A stretch of 56,201 bases of DNA, counting the filler, from Squatina squatina (taxonomy: Eukaryota): assembly GCA_031763465.1 (NCBI GenBank). It is 3 parts of 3 records of this genome, joined end to end, with 100 filler letters (N's around TTAATTAATTAA, not from the genome) between each part and the next. Parts side by side here need not be neighbours in the genome. Positions count along the whole stretch, not along the records: positions 33,715 to 56,201 come from JARFOE010000001.1; 2 more parts are not named here. One strand, written 5' to 3'. Each line of letters starts with the position of its first letter. Position 1 is the first letter of the stretch. The notes beneath the pieces were generated by a model. It was not told the origin of the DNA, did not search any database, and saw only the letters and a program-made list of their open reading frames with translations. A program made the position numbers and the translations under genes. Below are positions 34,176 to 48,106 of this stretch, piece after piece.

Positions 34176-34853
34176 AGAATGCGCCGGATTTGCTGAGGTG
34201 GAGTTAGGTCCAAATTTCTGCTCAAACTCATTATGCTGGATTGTATATTTGGGCTTATGTTAAAGTGGTTATGGGCGTAACTCACTTATGCTCAAAATTC
34301 CATGGTCTTTTGCCCTATTTCATTTAATTCCACCCAGATTCCATTGTTGTCTGTGCGGATAATCATGCGGAAACTCCGGACCAGTGTGGTTAATCTGCGA
34401 CAGCCAGAGAATGTAGGAATTTTTGTGGTAACGTTGGACACTCTCTAAACTGTGGGTCATTTCTAGTTGTGAATGCAGTAACAAATGCTTCATATTAACT
34501 AAATGGCCTAAGTGCTTTGCACAGACACATTGGGTGCCTTTTTAATCGTGCACAAACGGTTCACATTGTGCACAGTACATACCATTCCCACAGTTTAAAG
34601 CTGATTCGTAAGATTTTTGCATTTAACAGCTTTCTTGACATCAGGTTCCATTTTTGACAATAAATTTACAATGTTTGGCTATCTATCTGTAATCAGTACC
34701 TTGCTACCTCAAGAACTCCAAAACTGAAAGCTAATACAGACTGTGGGAAAAGCACAACTTAAACACACTGCTCAATCCGTTATTTGTGATGTACCTCAGA
34801 CTGGCAGATGATACGAACGTCGACGATTTTTATTGCCCACTCTAGTATACTGA

Positions 34854-35321
<468 letters not shown>

Positions 35322-36734
35322 TGATCTGCCATGGCTAGCGTCAGTGGGCTGTCGACGCTCGGGAACAAGATATTCATGGGATGTTACAAATAATGACTGC
35401 ACACAGCCAACACACTTGCTGCATATGTCGAGAAAGTTTTGTCTGTCTTGATCATAGAACCTTTCTGGAAAGTCGCTTTTAGCAAGCGCAAGTGAAAGGC
35501 CAAGGCTCATAGTACCCGATAGCGACGAGGCTAAAAATAATAGGAGTAAAAAAAACGAAGTAAATAAAGAAGAGCTGATNNNNNNNNNNNNNNNNNNNNN
35601 NNNNNNNNNNNNNNNNNNNNNNNNNNNNNNNNNNNNNNNNNNNNNNNNNNNNNNNNNNNNNNNNNNNNNNNNNNNNNNNTGAGAGGTAGGTCACATTTCT
35701 ACTTCCTCACTTTCTCCAGTCACAAGTCCTGTTAAGCAACATTTTCCCTTTTATTGGTGCATTGGTGGAACATTATACAATGCCTTTTCGCTTCAAAAGG
35801 AGAAAATCATGCAGATTAAACTCTGTGTGGCTTTTTAAACACTTTTGAAAAAAAACACAATATAATTTAACATCAAATATGGAGTTTGGTGACTTACAAA
35901 AATAGTAAACATGGAATAACAATATAATTTAAGGAGTTTGTGTATAGACAATAATTTACCAACACAGGGGTGACTATGTAGAGTGACATTGTAAATGGGT
36001 TTGCGATGATTTCCTAGGTAATTCTGTGAATACTTTCTTTCTGTAGAAAGACTAAATGGAGGGAATCTACGCCAATGCATTTACAATGATGCTACACATA
36101 GAAACCAGAGGAAGTTTTATTCCCTCTTCCCTGCCCAGCACCTGCAGTGTGGAGACTAGACAAACATAGAAATGGGCTAATGTTTAAATACAAGTGATTT
36201 TTAAAAAAATTTCAAATAATGTCCCAAGCCCAAAAATACCTGTTTGTAAACATCAAAACAATCTGCTGTGAAACTTCACATCTGGCTTTATTGACTGTAC
36301 AGAGCTGGGGGAAGAGTATANNNNNNNNNNNNNNNNNNNNNNNNNNNNNNNNNNNNNNNNNNNNNNNNNNNNNNNNNNNNNNNNNNNNNNNNNNNNNNNN
36401 NNNNNNNNNNNNNNNNNNNNACAGAGCGACTCGGTGGGACTTTAATGTAGAAGGTTCAGTCAGGATGTGTTCAGTCAGTCGCTCTCTAATACCAGCCTTT
36501 AGTACAAACATTGAATAACATTCTTTTCTGCTTACTCAATTTTATTAGGACTGGTCCAGTTTCCAGAGTCCCTCGCACTTTTTGATTTAACTCTCCTGCT
36601 GCTACTCTACACGTACTTTGGCACGCTGCAAGAATGTGATTACTCTCATATTGTCCCCTCTGTAGGGTGGCAACAACTTAAATACATTCATGACAATTCC
36701 CTATAGCAGGGATCACTGGTGACATTACTATACA

Positions 36735-37090
36735 ATGTACAGCACAGAAACAGGCCATTCACTCTAATTGCTGTATGCCGGTGTTCATGTCCCACACGAG
36801 CCTCCTCCCACCCTACTTCATCTCACCCTATCAACATATCCCTCTTTTCTCCCTTATGTGTTTATCTAGCTACGCCTTATATGCATCTATGCTAGTTGCC
36901 TCAACTGCTCCTTGTGGTAGCGAGTTCCACATTCTAACCACCCTCTGGTTAAAGAAGCTTCTCTTGAATTCCTGGTTGGATTTATTTGTGACTATGTTAT
37001 ACTTATGGCCCCTAGTTTGGCCTCCCCACAAGTGGAAACAATCTCTCTGTGTAAACCCTTTCATAATCTTAAAGACCTCTATCAGGCCAC
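36735..37090 (-). mobile_element. CR1 LINE 3' end
   Basis: LIEVFKIMKGF...RSFFNQRVVRMWNSLPQ plus tail. Confidence 0.9.
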
Positions 37091-38445
37091 NNNNNNNNNN
37101 NNNNNNNNNNNNNNNNNNNNNNNNNNNNNNNNNNNNNNNNNNNNNNNNNNNNNNNNNNNNNNNNNNNNNNNNNNNNNNNNNNNNNNNNNNACTTGGCATA
37201 GAGTGTGGATCCGGCATATCTGAGAATATCCCTCTGGCCTGGATACCAGAGGGTTAAAATTGCAATCAGCTTGCAGCAGCTTGCTCCTTGTGTTAGTCAA
37301 TGCGATATCTAACAGGTTAATGCCTGTGTTAAAATAGCACAGACAGGAATTTTGTACGAGCAGATTAAGCATTCTTACCAAAACAGCAGCAATCGGAAAA
37401 CATGTCCCATTGCCTGCTTGTTGATATTTCATTTTGATAAGGCGCTCCAAAATTCTAATGCACCAGTCATCGGAGTTATGAGCATATAAGGAGACTTTTC
37501 TGCTGTAAATGTGCTGGTTCTCCTGTGCACATATCAGCCTTGACAGCTTTGGAACTGAGGCTAGTCCAAATGGCAACACTTTATATTGAAAACATATTTT
37601 GCTGCTGAAAACATCAGGAATTTCCTGCAGTTCTCTGACTGGAGTGTCGAAACAGGCGTTTTGGAAATTGACATTTCACGTCCAGGCTCCCAAACAACGT
37701 GCCGGTGTTATTAAGGATTGTGAAAGCTGACAGCATCGTCAATGCCAGAGATGNNNNNNNNNNNNNNNNNNNNNNNNNNNNNNNNNNNNNNNNNNNNNNN
37801 NNNNNNNNNNNNNNNNNNNNNNNNNNNNNNNNNNNNNNNNNNNNNNNNNNNNNNNNNNNNNNNNNNNNNNNNNNNNNNNNNNNNNNNNNNNNNNNNNNNN
37901 NNNNNNNNNNNNNNNNNNNNNNNNNNNNNNNNNNNNNNNNNNNNNNNNNNNNNNNNNNNNNNNNNNNNNNNNNNNNNNNNNNNNNNNNNNNNNNNNNNNN
38001 NNNNNNNNNNNNNNNNNNNNNNNNNNNNNNNNNNNNNNNNNNNNNNNNNNNNNNNNNNNNNNNNNNNNNNNNNNNNNNNNNNNNNNNNNNNNNNNNNNNN
38101 NNNNNNNNNNNNNNNNNNNNNNNNNNNNNNNNNNNNNNNNNNNNNNNNNNNNNNNNNNNNNNNNNNNNNNNNNNNNNNNNNNNNNNNNNNNNNNNNNNNN
38201 NNNNNNNNNNNNNNNNNNNNNNNNNNNNNNNNNNNNNNNNNNNNNNNNNNNNNNNNNNNNNNNNNNNNNNNNNNNNNNNNNNNNNNNNNNNNNNNNNNNN
38301 NNNNNNNNNNNNNNNNNNNNNNNNNNNNNNNNNNNNNNNNNNNNNNNNNNNNNNNNNNNNNNNNNNNNNNNNNNNNNNNNNNNNNNNNNNNNNNNNNNNN
38401 NNNNNNNNNNNNNNNNNNNNNNNNNNNNNNNNNNNNNNNNNNNNN

Positions 38446-39440
38446 AATCATAGTCAAAGAGTGCCTAAGGAGATTGAGGTGCAGCTTGGAAGCCTCAACA
38501 GAATTGTACCATTTAATTTCAGCAAGACCACCACACTACATTCAACATCTGTGAGGCAGTTTCAATGCCCATCAAAAAGCTTCTCAGTTCTAACACACTT
38601 GGTTCCTTTCAAGTGATCCCTGGAAATATTGGCTGTGCCCACTAGTTTATTGCCTACAAATTTATCAAGGAGGTCAAGGGTGCATTATTCAGCAGGGCTA
38701 ATGACCTCATCTCTTTGCCACTGACCAATAACAGCAACATGAAAGGGCAAACCAATTATATGAAGCTGTTGCCTTTCCCAGAGTCCAGAAGGCATTCATT
38801 GTACCCACATAACAATTTGGACATTTGTGCACAATGATGTGCCCTGAAAAGGATTTTTTTAAATCTCATTGTTGACATGGCATGCATCCACCAACACAGA
38901 ATCATATGGAGCAATGCTGTTACCCCAAAAGCCCTTGTGATGCCTCAATTTTAAGGCAATCATCTGTACCATCCTTATTTGAAGGGGAATAAAGAGTGGA
39001 TGATGGTTCAAAGGCATCCTAATCCACCCTTGGCAGCCATGACCATGCCACCTACATGTCAATCATGGACAGAAGCTGAGCACAACTGCAGTGGAGCTCA
39101 TGCTACAATCAGAGTTATTATCAAACATACCTTGAAGCATCTTGAAGCAACACTTCAGCTGCCTGGATCAGTCGAGGAGGGGCTCCACAATATCGTTCTG
39201 CTACAGTGTCCAGGATTGCTGAGGACACCAGTATGGTTCACCCCTTCGCCTCGTAAACCAGACTGTTTATGGATGATGTCAGGACTGAGAGGAAACTCCC
39301 GAAGGGCAGCAAGGTGATCAGGCAGATTATCAGCAGCAGCATGAAAGAGAGGCCGAGGACAATTCAGTGTCAGAGGCAACATCAATTCAGGCGAAGCTGA
39401 TACACGAGATCTGCTCTTAACTTTGTGCAATGCTCTGCAC
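38446..39440 (+). mobile_element. Degenerate PIF/Harbinger (HARBI1-like, DDE_Tnp_4) transposase
   Basis: Colinear frameshifted motifs: ECLRRLRCSLEASTELYHL, KFIKEVKGALFSRANDLI, AFPRVQKA(IDCTH-like), TEAEHNCSGAHATIRVIIKHT and LKQHFSCLDQS. Confidence 0.75.
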
Positions 39441-39499
39441 AGCCCATAAACATCCCTGACGACACCTCCTCTTTCCCATCACACAGTTGGCATGGCAAG

Positions 39500-40145
39500 T
39501 TGATAAGGAGGTTCAAAAAGCTTATGTTTTCTTCTGATTATAAATAGAGGAATAGAATATAAAAGCAATGAGACCATGCTAGAACTTCATAAATCACTGG
39601 TTAGACCTCAGGTAGAGTACTGTGGACAGTTCTGGGCACCACACTTCAGGATNNNNNNNNNNNNNNNNNNNNNNNNNNNNNNNAAAGGGTACAGAGGAGG
39701 TTTACCAGGGATGAGACACTTCAGTTATGAAGAGAGGTTGGCACTGTTCTTCTTGGAACAGAGAAGGTTAAGAGGCAACCCAATGGAGGTTTTCAAGATG
39801 AGAGCTTTTGACCGAGGGAATAGTTTTTCTCCATCTACTCTGAGTGGGTCAACAACCAGAGATCATAGATTCAAAATCATTGGCAAAAGATCTAGAGGGG
39901 AGACGAGGAGAATTTTTTTCACTCAAGAGTTGTCGGGATTTGGAACACTCCACATAAAAAAAGGTGGGAGACCGATTCCATAAATCATTTTAAAAAAGGG
40001 AGTTGGACAGGTACTTAAGGATGAGGAACTTACAGGATTATGGACGTAAAGCGGGGATGTGAGATTAAGCACAACTGCTCCAAGAGCCAGCAGAGGTATG
40101 ACAAGCCGAATGGCCTCCTTCTGTGCTGCAAGTTTCTATGCTTCT
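39500..40145 (+). mobile_element. CR1 LINE 3' region
   Basis: MLELHKSLVRPQVEYCGQFWAPHFR...LEQRRLRG plus tail. Confidence 0.9.
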
Positions 40146-42205
40146 TTGCGATGTTTCACCTTTGCTACCAGTGAATTATTCTGACTGATCCAAAACAGAT
40201 CTGATTTAAAACATACTATTAGCTCCTGCAAGACAAAAGAATCCAACTGTAATTGACGTTTTTGCCAAAAATATTTCTGTATCAATAATTACTTTCTTTA
40301 TTAAATGGCANNNNNNNNNNNNNNNNNNNNNNNNNNNNNNNNNNNNNNNNNNNNNNNNNNNNNNNNNNNNNNNNNNNNNNNNNNNNNNNNNNNNNNNNNN
40401 NNNNNNNNNNACATTAATGATGCCGCAACCCGACAGAAAGAGAAGCATTCAACACTCGCCAAATAATCCACTTTTATTGCAAGGAACTCCTCACCGTACA
40501 GGTGATTTAAAAACACAGACAGACACCACCCAATTGTACATTATTTGAACGGCAGTCTTGTGCCATGGCCTCAGATTTCTGTTGGAATAAGACTACTGGA
40601 GATTTTTTCTCAAAGCAGAGGTGTCGATGTATGGTCATTATCCAGTCTTTCAGCTGTTAATTTAGCAGGGGCTTATCAAATTGTCCAGAAATGATGAGCT
40701 TCAGTGACCATTGGCGGATGGTTTTGCAGTGGTAATGAAGTCCACTGGATAATATTCTAACCTGACAAGCATCAAAAGGGAAACTTAGTAACTAAGGAAA
40801 AGCAGGTTTGAGTGAAGTGAACTTGCAATGTAAGGTGTCAACCATTTCGTGCCTTCGTTTTACAAAAACTGTTTGCATCTGCAAGAGATGAATGCACTGC
40901 TTTATGTCAAATAAACAGCAGCCCTTGTTGGAAAAATCATTCAGCTCTCGGCATATGGTAAAGGCATTGCAAAAGAAATAATCTGTCAGCAGTCATTTAT
41001 TAAGCTCTTGTGGCTTTCCAAGTACACAGAAGGGAAAACAATATGAGGCATGTCAGTGGTAAACAAACCAGAAATCAATGGCAATAGTACTCCCACGGTG
41101 CTTTTGTTTCATGGGACCACTCAACACTAATTTCTCACAAACAGTTAAATACTCTTGAAGACCATACTGGAAAGGACATAGCCATATTTTGAATAACGGG
41201 TGCACACTGGTGACCAAGGCCCTCAGATGTTACCTCAGGGTTTTAATATATTAATGTGTTCCTCTGAAATTCCTCTCATCTATATTTAATTTAAACACGT
41301 TATCGCTTCTGGTGAAAAGGTGGAAAGTGACATTTTATGCGTGCGCGTTACAGGTTTGTTCTTTAAGAACATAAGAATATAGGAATTAGGAGCAGGAGTA
41401 GGCCATTCGGCCCCTNNNNNNNNNNNNNNNNNNNNNNNNNNNNNNNNNNNNNNNNNNNNNNNNNNNNNNNNNNNNNNNNNNNNNNNNNNNNNNNNNNNNN
41501 NNNNNNNNNNNNNNNCCAGCAAGACTAGGAGTCATCATTGATGAAGGGTGGGTAGAAAAAATCAAATCTGAGATCTATTTTACAATCTTACTGTCATTGT
41601 TAACACAATTTTAACAGAAACTCAATTCCACCCCATGACAAGCATCACCTCGAACACTATGATAACCAGAAATGTGGAATCAGATTTTCTTTATATTAGT
41701 TCTGTTATTTTTATAAATATGGGGCTAATGTCACTGCTGTTACATGTCAGATAATTAGCCACAGGGCTGAGATGACCCAAAGATACTGTTACCCAAATAA
41801 GAGAGATTGTCCTGTGAGTAATTTTGTTGATTACTGTTGTGAGAATATCCTTTTGTCTCAAATCCAATTTCTGCAAATGTCACGGGGGCATGAGAGCAAT
41901 GATGGAAAACAGCTGCAGAAGAGACTTGATCTGAACTTTATTCATCTGCTTCAATTCCATTCAACTGTCACTGAAAAGCTCAGGAGGTCTCCTTATTGCA
42001 GTAACATATAAATAATTCATGTAATTATTAAGAGCAAGGAGAGTTTTTAGTAAATCAAATAACAAATATGTCACTAAATTCAATCTTTTATTATAGTTGG
42101 AATGGNNNNNNNNNNNNNNNNNNNNNNNNNNNNNNNNNNNNNNNNNNNNNNNNNNNNNNNNNNNNNNNNNNNNNNNNNNNNNNNNNNNNNNNNNNNNNNN
42201 NNNNN

Positions 42206-42642
42206 AGCACTGATCCTTGCGGTACCCCAGTAGTCACTACCTGCCAACCTGAAAATGATCATTTTATTCTGACTTGCTGTCTTCTGTCCGTTAACCAATT
42301 TTCAATACATACCACTATATTACCCCCCAATCCCATGTGCCCTAATTTTGTTTAATAACCTTTTCTGAGGCACCTTATCGAATGCTTTCTGAAAATCAAA
42401 ATACACCACATCCATTAGTTCCCCCTCATCTACCCTGCCAGTTACATCATCAAAAAGCTCCAACATGAGCCCTTTCCCTTTCATAAACCAGTGTTGACTC
42501 TGTACAATCCTCTTATTATTTTCTAAGTGTCCTGTTACCATGTTGTTAAAAATAGATTCAATCATTTTCCCTCCTACTGATGTCAGGTCTGCAGTTCCCC
42601 GCTTTCTCTCTCCCTCCTTTCTTATAATTGGGTTACATTTGC
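42206..42642 (-). mobile_element. CR1 RT fragment
   Basis: MDVVYFDFQKAFDKVPQKRLLNKIRAHGIGG. Confidence 0.92.
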
Positions 42643-44083
42643 TTATGCAGCCAAGTACTATCAGCATGAGTAATGACTTTGGAATCAGACTTCAGTAGGC
42701 ACCACAACTGTGACAGCATCACGCTGAGAAATTCATTGCACATTTTGATATTTTCACAATCTGATTTGTTGTGCTTGTCCAGAGGTCTGTCACCTTCACT
42801 CATCAGCAGCAACAGTAAAATTCACAGATACAACGTACTATATTAAAATGATCTAACATAGACAAGTGTTAAGATCCCGCAAATTGGAAGGAAAACTGGG
42901 AGTGTTGCACGCACAGTGACTCGTGCTATACCCATTAAAGGTGATGTTAAAAGTGATCTGGGTTAGCTTGTATCCTCAAAGCTTAACATGCTAAATCAAT
43001 GGAGAAACAATAAACAAAATAATGGAATAAAAAGGGCACGTACTTGTCACACCAAAAAGCTCTGATTGGGTCCTTTAATCACATGACCTAATTGCTGATT
43101 GGTCTTGTCTTAGAGGACAAGACAAAACCAGCAGTTTCTCTGGAATGTGTAAAAGAACTGCCCTGCCTTCATAGTCAGTGACTTTGCAAAGTGTAATTCA
43201 ACCCATTAAATGGCCCTGGAATTGTGAGGTCNNNNNNNNNNNNNNNNNNNNNNNNNNNNNNNNNNNNNNNNNNNNNNNNNNNNNNNNNNNNNNNNNNNNN
43301 NNNNNNNNNNNNNNNNNNNNNNNNNNNNNNNTAATATTTTTAAGCAACTCTCTAACTCTCTTTTTTAAAAGGATTTATGGACTCTGCTTCAAGCTATTGG
43401 AATCAAGAAGCAACATTATTATTAGCTCTAAAATACTAAAGAAAGCAGGTTAAATCTGAGCTTTCAAGCCTCATTATCATGTTTAAAGTGGCATCCTGCC
43501 TCCTGGGAGTGGGTTGGCTGCCTGCCCTGTACCCCACCTCCGTTAAAACTGTAAGTAAGCAGGTTGGGGTTGGATTCTGATTTTTAACACTTTAACCTCC
43601 CATCTGACCCAAACTTGCCCAATTTTGGGGTTAAAATTCCCCCTGATGTTTCAGATATCAATGCTGCAATTATTACTGGACTTCCACAATCCAATGGGGA
43701 GGAGTGTTTCCAGAGAGCACATTTTGGGAAATCACAGATGCCTAGCATATGATTTTTTCGCCATTAATTTTAATAGCCCATGGGCATCTGATCTCCGAAC
43801 CAGAAGTAGTGCTACGGATTAGTAACATTTAACCCCCTCTGTAAGCTTGAATATTTTTCAACACTCCGCTCTCTGTCTCATGTTCAATTGTAAGGAGGAA
43901 ATGCTGCATCATGCGTGTTTTGTCATAAGTGTGATAGAATGTATAGATTTAGCTGTCGGTTGTATGGAATGATAAAAGATTGGGATCTACATTTCTGTGC
44001 AAAAATATCATTGGGTATGCACAACCAGTCATGAAAAAATAAATTGTTTGGCAATTATTTAATTTGGTTTTATCACTCTTTAG

Positions 44084-44279
44084 GTAACTACCCTTGTGAA
44101 CACAAGTAGCAAGGGCCCATCAAGTAAAAAGAAAGGTCGATCTAAGAAAGCACATGTATTAGCTGCTTCTGTAGAACAAGCAACACAGAACTTTCTTGAG
44201 AAGGGCGACCAGATTGCAAAAGAGAGCCAAGATCTGAAGGAGGAGCTGCTAGTGGCTGTGGAAGATGTCCGCAAACAAG
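44084..44279 (+). CDS. CTNNA2: Catenin alpha-2, second coding exon (196 bp)
   Basis: TTTAG|VTTLVNTSSKGPSSKKKGRSKKAHVLAASVEQATQNFLEKGDQIAKESQDLKEELLVAVEDVRKQ(G)|GTGTGT. QATQNF and SQDLKEEL are alpha-N-catenin residues. Confidence 0.96.
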
Positions 44280-45390
44280 GTGTGTATTGTTTGGTTTAAG
44301 CTTACTTGGCAGAACACTGGCTGTTGGAATTTGAAATGCAGTGGATGTGCACATGATGTTGATCTTGCTTTATAATGGTCAAAATGTGCAGCTTTTTAGA
44401 CAAAAAAAATCCCTTTTCTCTCCTTTTCCTCCACTAAAGGCATTTGACTCTTGCTGGGATGCAGTTCTGAGTGATGGTCCATATTGGGTACTTGTCCATG
44501 TGAGCCTAGAGGGAGTGTTGGCAGGCTGTTTTACTGGGTGGGTGGGGGGTGGCAAGGTTGGAACCCTGGCCTCAACAGACATTCACAAAGGGCATTTTGT
44601 AGAGGGGCTCACTGGATAATGATTTGTTGCTCCTCAAACCTCGAGGACGAGAAGCCAGTTGTAGCACCACTATTGCCATTCTAGCTCAGATCAGTTGAAT
44701 TGTCACAGATCAGGAATCTAATGATGCACATTTTTGTTATAAATATGNNNNNNNNNNNNNNNNNNNNNNNNNNNNNNNNNNNNNNNNNNNNNNNNNNNNN
44801 NNNNNNNNNNNNNNNNNNNNNNNNNNNNNNNNNNNNNNNNNNNNNNNATGATTTTAAATTTATGGTGTTTATATAACCCTCACAAAGTTTTTCTTTGCAA
44901 ATGTTGGATCTTTGAGATCGGACTATTTTGAATAAATTGAAACTGAAGAGTATGGATACTTCTGCCAATCATTTCTGCACAGACCCATTTGGCAGTTGGC
45001 AGTGAACAACCAATAAAAGTTTAAATTGTGTAAATCCAACAATAAAAAGTGAACCAAAGACACTTATGTCAACTTTTTTACTATATTATTGCTTCCTTCT
45101 GCAAAGATGCAGATTTTCTAAGAATATCCTAGAAATTATTTTTTCCCAGAAACTTTCCACAGTGGCTGTGCTCAAAAAAAAAAGTCCAAACTGCAATCTG
45201 ATTTCCTTGCCCCTTATATTCCATAACTGCCATTTCATAATTGACATTCACAAATTGTATTTCTGCATTACGCAACAGTTTGTACCAGCTATTTACTAGC
45301 ANNNNNNNNNNGAATCAAGCAGCATTACTCCTACAAGGCTGTCCGTATGGAGAAGATTGTATATTTATTTTGTATATTTTGCAATTGCAG

Positions 45391-45652
45391 GAGCTGAAAG
45401 ATCTTCATTGCAGGGACGAAATGGCAGCTGCTCGGGGTGCCTTGAAGAAGAATGCTACAATGTTGTACACTGCTTCCCAAGCATTCCTCCGACACCCTGA
45501 TGTAGCTGCTACCAGAGCCAACCGAGATTATGTCTTCAAACAAGTACAAGAGGCTATTGCTGGAATTTCAAATGCAGCCCAGTCTACTTCAATGGCAGAT
45601 GACAAGCATGGACATGTTGGCATTGGGGAACTAGCTGCAGCTTTGAATGAAT
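45391..45652 (+). CDS. CTNNA2: Catenin alpha-2 internal exon (exon 6 equivalent), 3' end cut by gap
   Basis: TGCAG|ELKDLHCRDEMAAARGALKKNATMLYTASQAFLRHPDVAATRANRDYVFKQVQEAIAGISNAAQ...GIGELAAALNE. Confidence 0.96.
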
Positions 45653-46827
45653 NNNNNNNNNNNNNNNNNNNNNNNNNNNNNNNNNNNNNNNNNNNNNNNN
45701 NNNNNNNNNNNNNNNNNNNNNNNNNNNNNNNNNNNNNNNNNNNNNNNNNNNNTTATGCACACTGTGCAAGACCATGGCTGGTTGACTATAATAATAAATT
45801 TAATCTCTCTCAACCTATCTGTCTTCAATCTGTTTTTCATCTTCATGCATAAGTGAGTGTCTGGCAAGCTAATTGTCACCCAATGTCAACATAAACACAT
45901 TTTCCAGTAAGTTTCACTGGACTTCGATCAAGAGAGGGAGACCTTGTTGATTTCATTTTTCCTTTCCTCAGTCAGGTGTCTAGGCCAATTTTATTGCCTA
46001 TACTAATGCCAAGACTGAGATCAACACAAATTGGATATTGACCCTGGTATGTGTAATTTAGTACCATACCATTCAGTATATTTACCCACTAAGTCATCGA
46101 GGGAGATCTGTTTGTCTGTGTGTTCTTTTCCCACATGAATAAAACATTTTGATCAAACTATCCATTTTGTGAGATTTTATTGGAATATAAAGTGTCTATT
46201 TTATCTGAGAGGATGCTATTGAAAAATGACACATGAGAAGATTAATAATGTTTCATTGTATTAATGTCAATGTGAGGTGACTGGTTCAGAATTAAAATTC
46301 CAAATCTTGTATTAAAAATTGGATATGAGAAAATATAACATTTTAAGAATTGCAATTGCATGATTATTTGGGTGTTCCACTCCCCAGTTGTTGCCAGCAA
46401 TAACATTTGCAAAAGAAAGGTAATTGTTGAAGCAATTTGCAATGTTTTGTTGAATTTGCTGTGTATAAAGAACACAGTTTTGGCTAAAAACTGAAAAAAT
46501 CCAGCCTGGGTCAGAGCAACCAGAGACAAAAAGTAATAGGGGGATTAAAAAGACATGTGTTTTTCATTTTCTTTGACCATTGGAGATTGTAAAATAGACT
46601 GTTTGTCTGGGCAGAGCGTTTGGAGGTGTGAGGTCACGTGATGAAACCTCCAGAAATACATCCAGCCAGAGTTGGGAACCCTAGCTGGGCACATGTTATA
46701 GGCCTCCGGCTTTTACACCCAATAATANNNNNNNNNNNNNNNNNNNNNNNNNNNNNNNNNNNNNNNNNNNNNNNNNNNNNNNNNNNNNNNNNNNNNNNNN
46801 NNNNNNNNNNNNNNNNNNNNNNNNNNN

Positions 46828-46890
46828 GTGGCTGAGTGTAATGCTGTGCGACAGGCCCTTCAGGATCTTCTTACTGAATATATGAATAAT
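46828..46890 (+). CDS. CTNNA2: Catenin alpha-2, 3' part of exon 7 equivalent (not in ORF track)
   Basis: After the gap it reads VAECNAVRQALQDLLTEYMNN|GTAAGT. Confidence 0.93.
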
Positions 46891-47537
46891 GTAAGTTATA
46901 TGAAACCAATTTGCTGTGGGGCCTATGATCCGTCATGTCTGTATTCCATACAAATCCTCATTCAGAGAAAACTTCCATGTAGAATTGCATGAGTTGGTTT
47001 TCAAGACTTTGAAATTATTAACACTAATTTATTTGTGACAATAACGAATTATTCAACTAGAAAATTTCTCCCAGAGACTTCAAAGATGTGGTTAAAGGAG
47101 TCATGCAATAATTAGTTATTAAAGATGTAGGTTTTGAAAATAAGGAATTAATAGTAATTGCAGATGTGGTATATTGAAAGTGACAAATTTAATGAAATTG
47201 ATCACAGCTGCAGGCAGCTATTTTTCATAAATTTCATTGCGTTTCCACTGTAAAGAACTTGTCGAGTATTTTCAATTCTTTAGTATCATTAGAAAATTAA
47301 ATAATTTCTGATCCACACAGCTGTAAGAAACAGCTCAGGAAATGTAGCTTTATTTAGTAATTTTTACTGTGAGTTTGCAACGACAATGTATTGTTTGAAT
47401 ATTGTGATGCTATGCTTAAAGGAAAACTCCAACTGCTNNNNNNNNNNNNNNNNNNNNNNNNNNNNNNNNNNNNNNNNNNNNNNNNNNNNNNNNNNNNNNN
47501 NNNNNNNNNNNNNNNNNNNNNNNNNNNNNNNNNNNNN

Positions 47538-48106
47538 GCATCACCAGCTGGTCATCAACAAGCCCAGCGACCCCTTCACTTGCCACAGCCAGCTACATCA
47601 CTGGTGGCACACACCGCAGCCTGCATTATCCTCCAAGAGGTCGGACAGGAAGATGACATCAAATGAGGTACAATTGGCGAGTCTTCAGATGCCAGGTCAG
47701 CAAGACAGAGCTGTGGGCATTGCCTACATAGACAGCTTCCTGAGGGTGCAGGGTGCCATCAGTTATGTCTGCCAAGCACATCAGTTGACAAGACAATCCC
47801 TCCTCACCTATCAACTATCTATGATTTGACTAGCAGTGCTTGTGTCTGCAGAACTATCCCCTTTAAGGGCTGGGGTGGCCTGACACTTGATAGCAGCTCC
47901 TTAGATCGGTTGCAGAATTGGCCTGCTGAAAGAAGCTAAGTGTTATTAGTGCTGACAGCACTGGTTTTTAGCACCACTTTTTAATCTGCCCAAAAACAAT
48001 TGTCTAAGAGACCAATTCTCCAGCTTAAAATAATGGTGCAAAACAGGTGCTAAATTTACACATTTTGGTCCCATAGTGCTACAAACTTTAGACCAATTGG
48101 GTGCCC
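47538..48106 (+). mobile_element. Internally deleted Harbinger element (transposase scrap plus terminus)
   Basis: GQQDRAVGIAYIDSFLRVQGAISY resembles HARBI1-type QxxRAxGFxxIAGFPRVQGAIDCTH. The terminus CCAATTGGGTGCCC matches 455-468. Confidence 0.6.
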
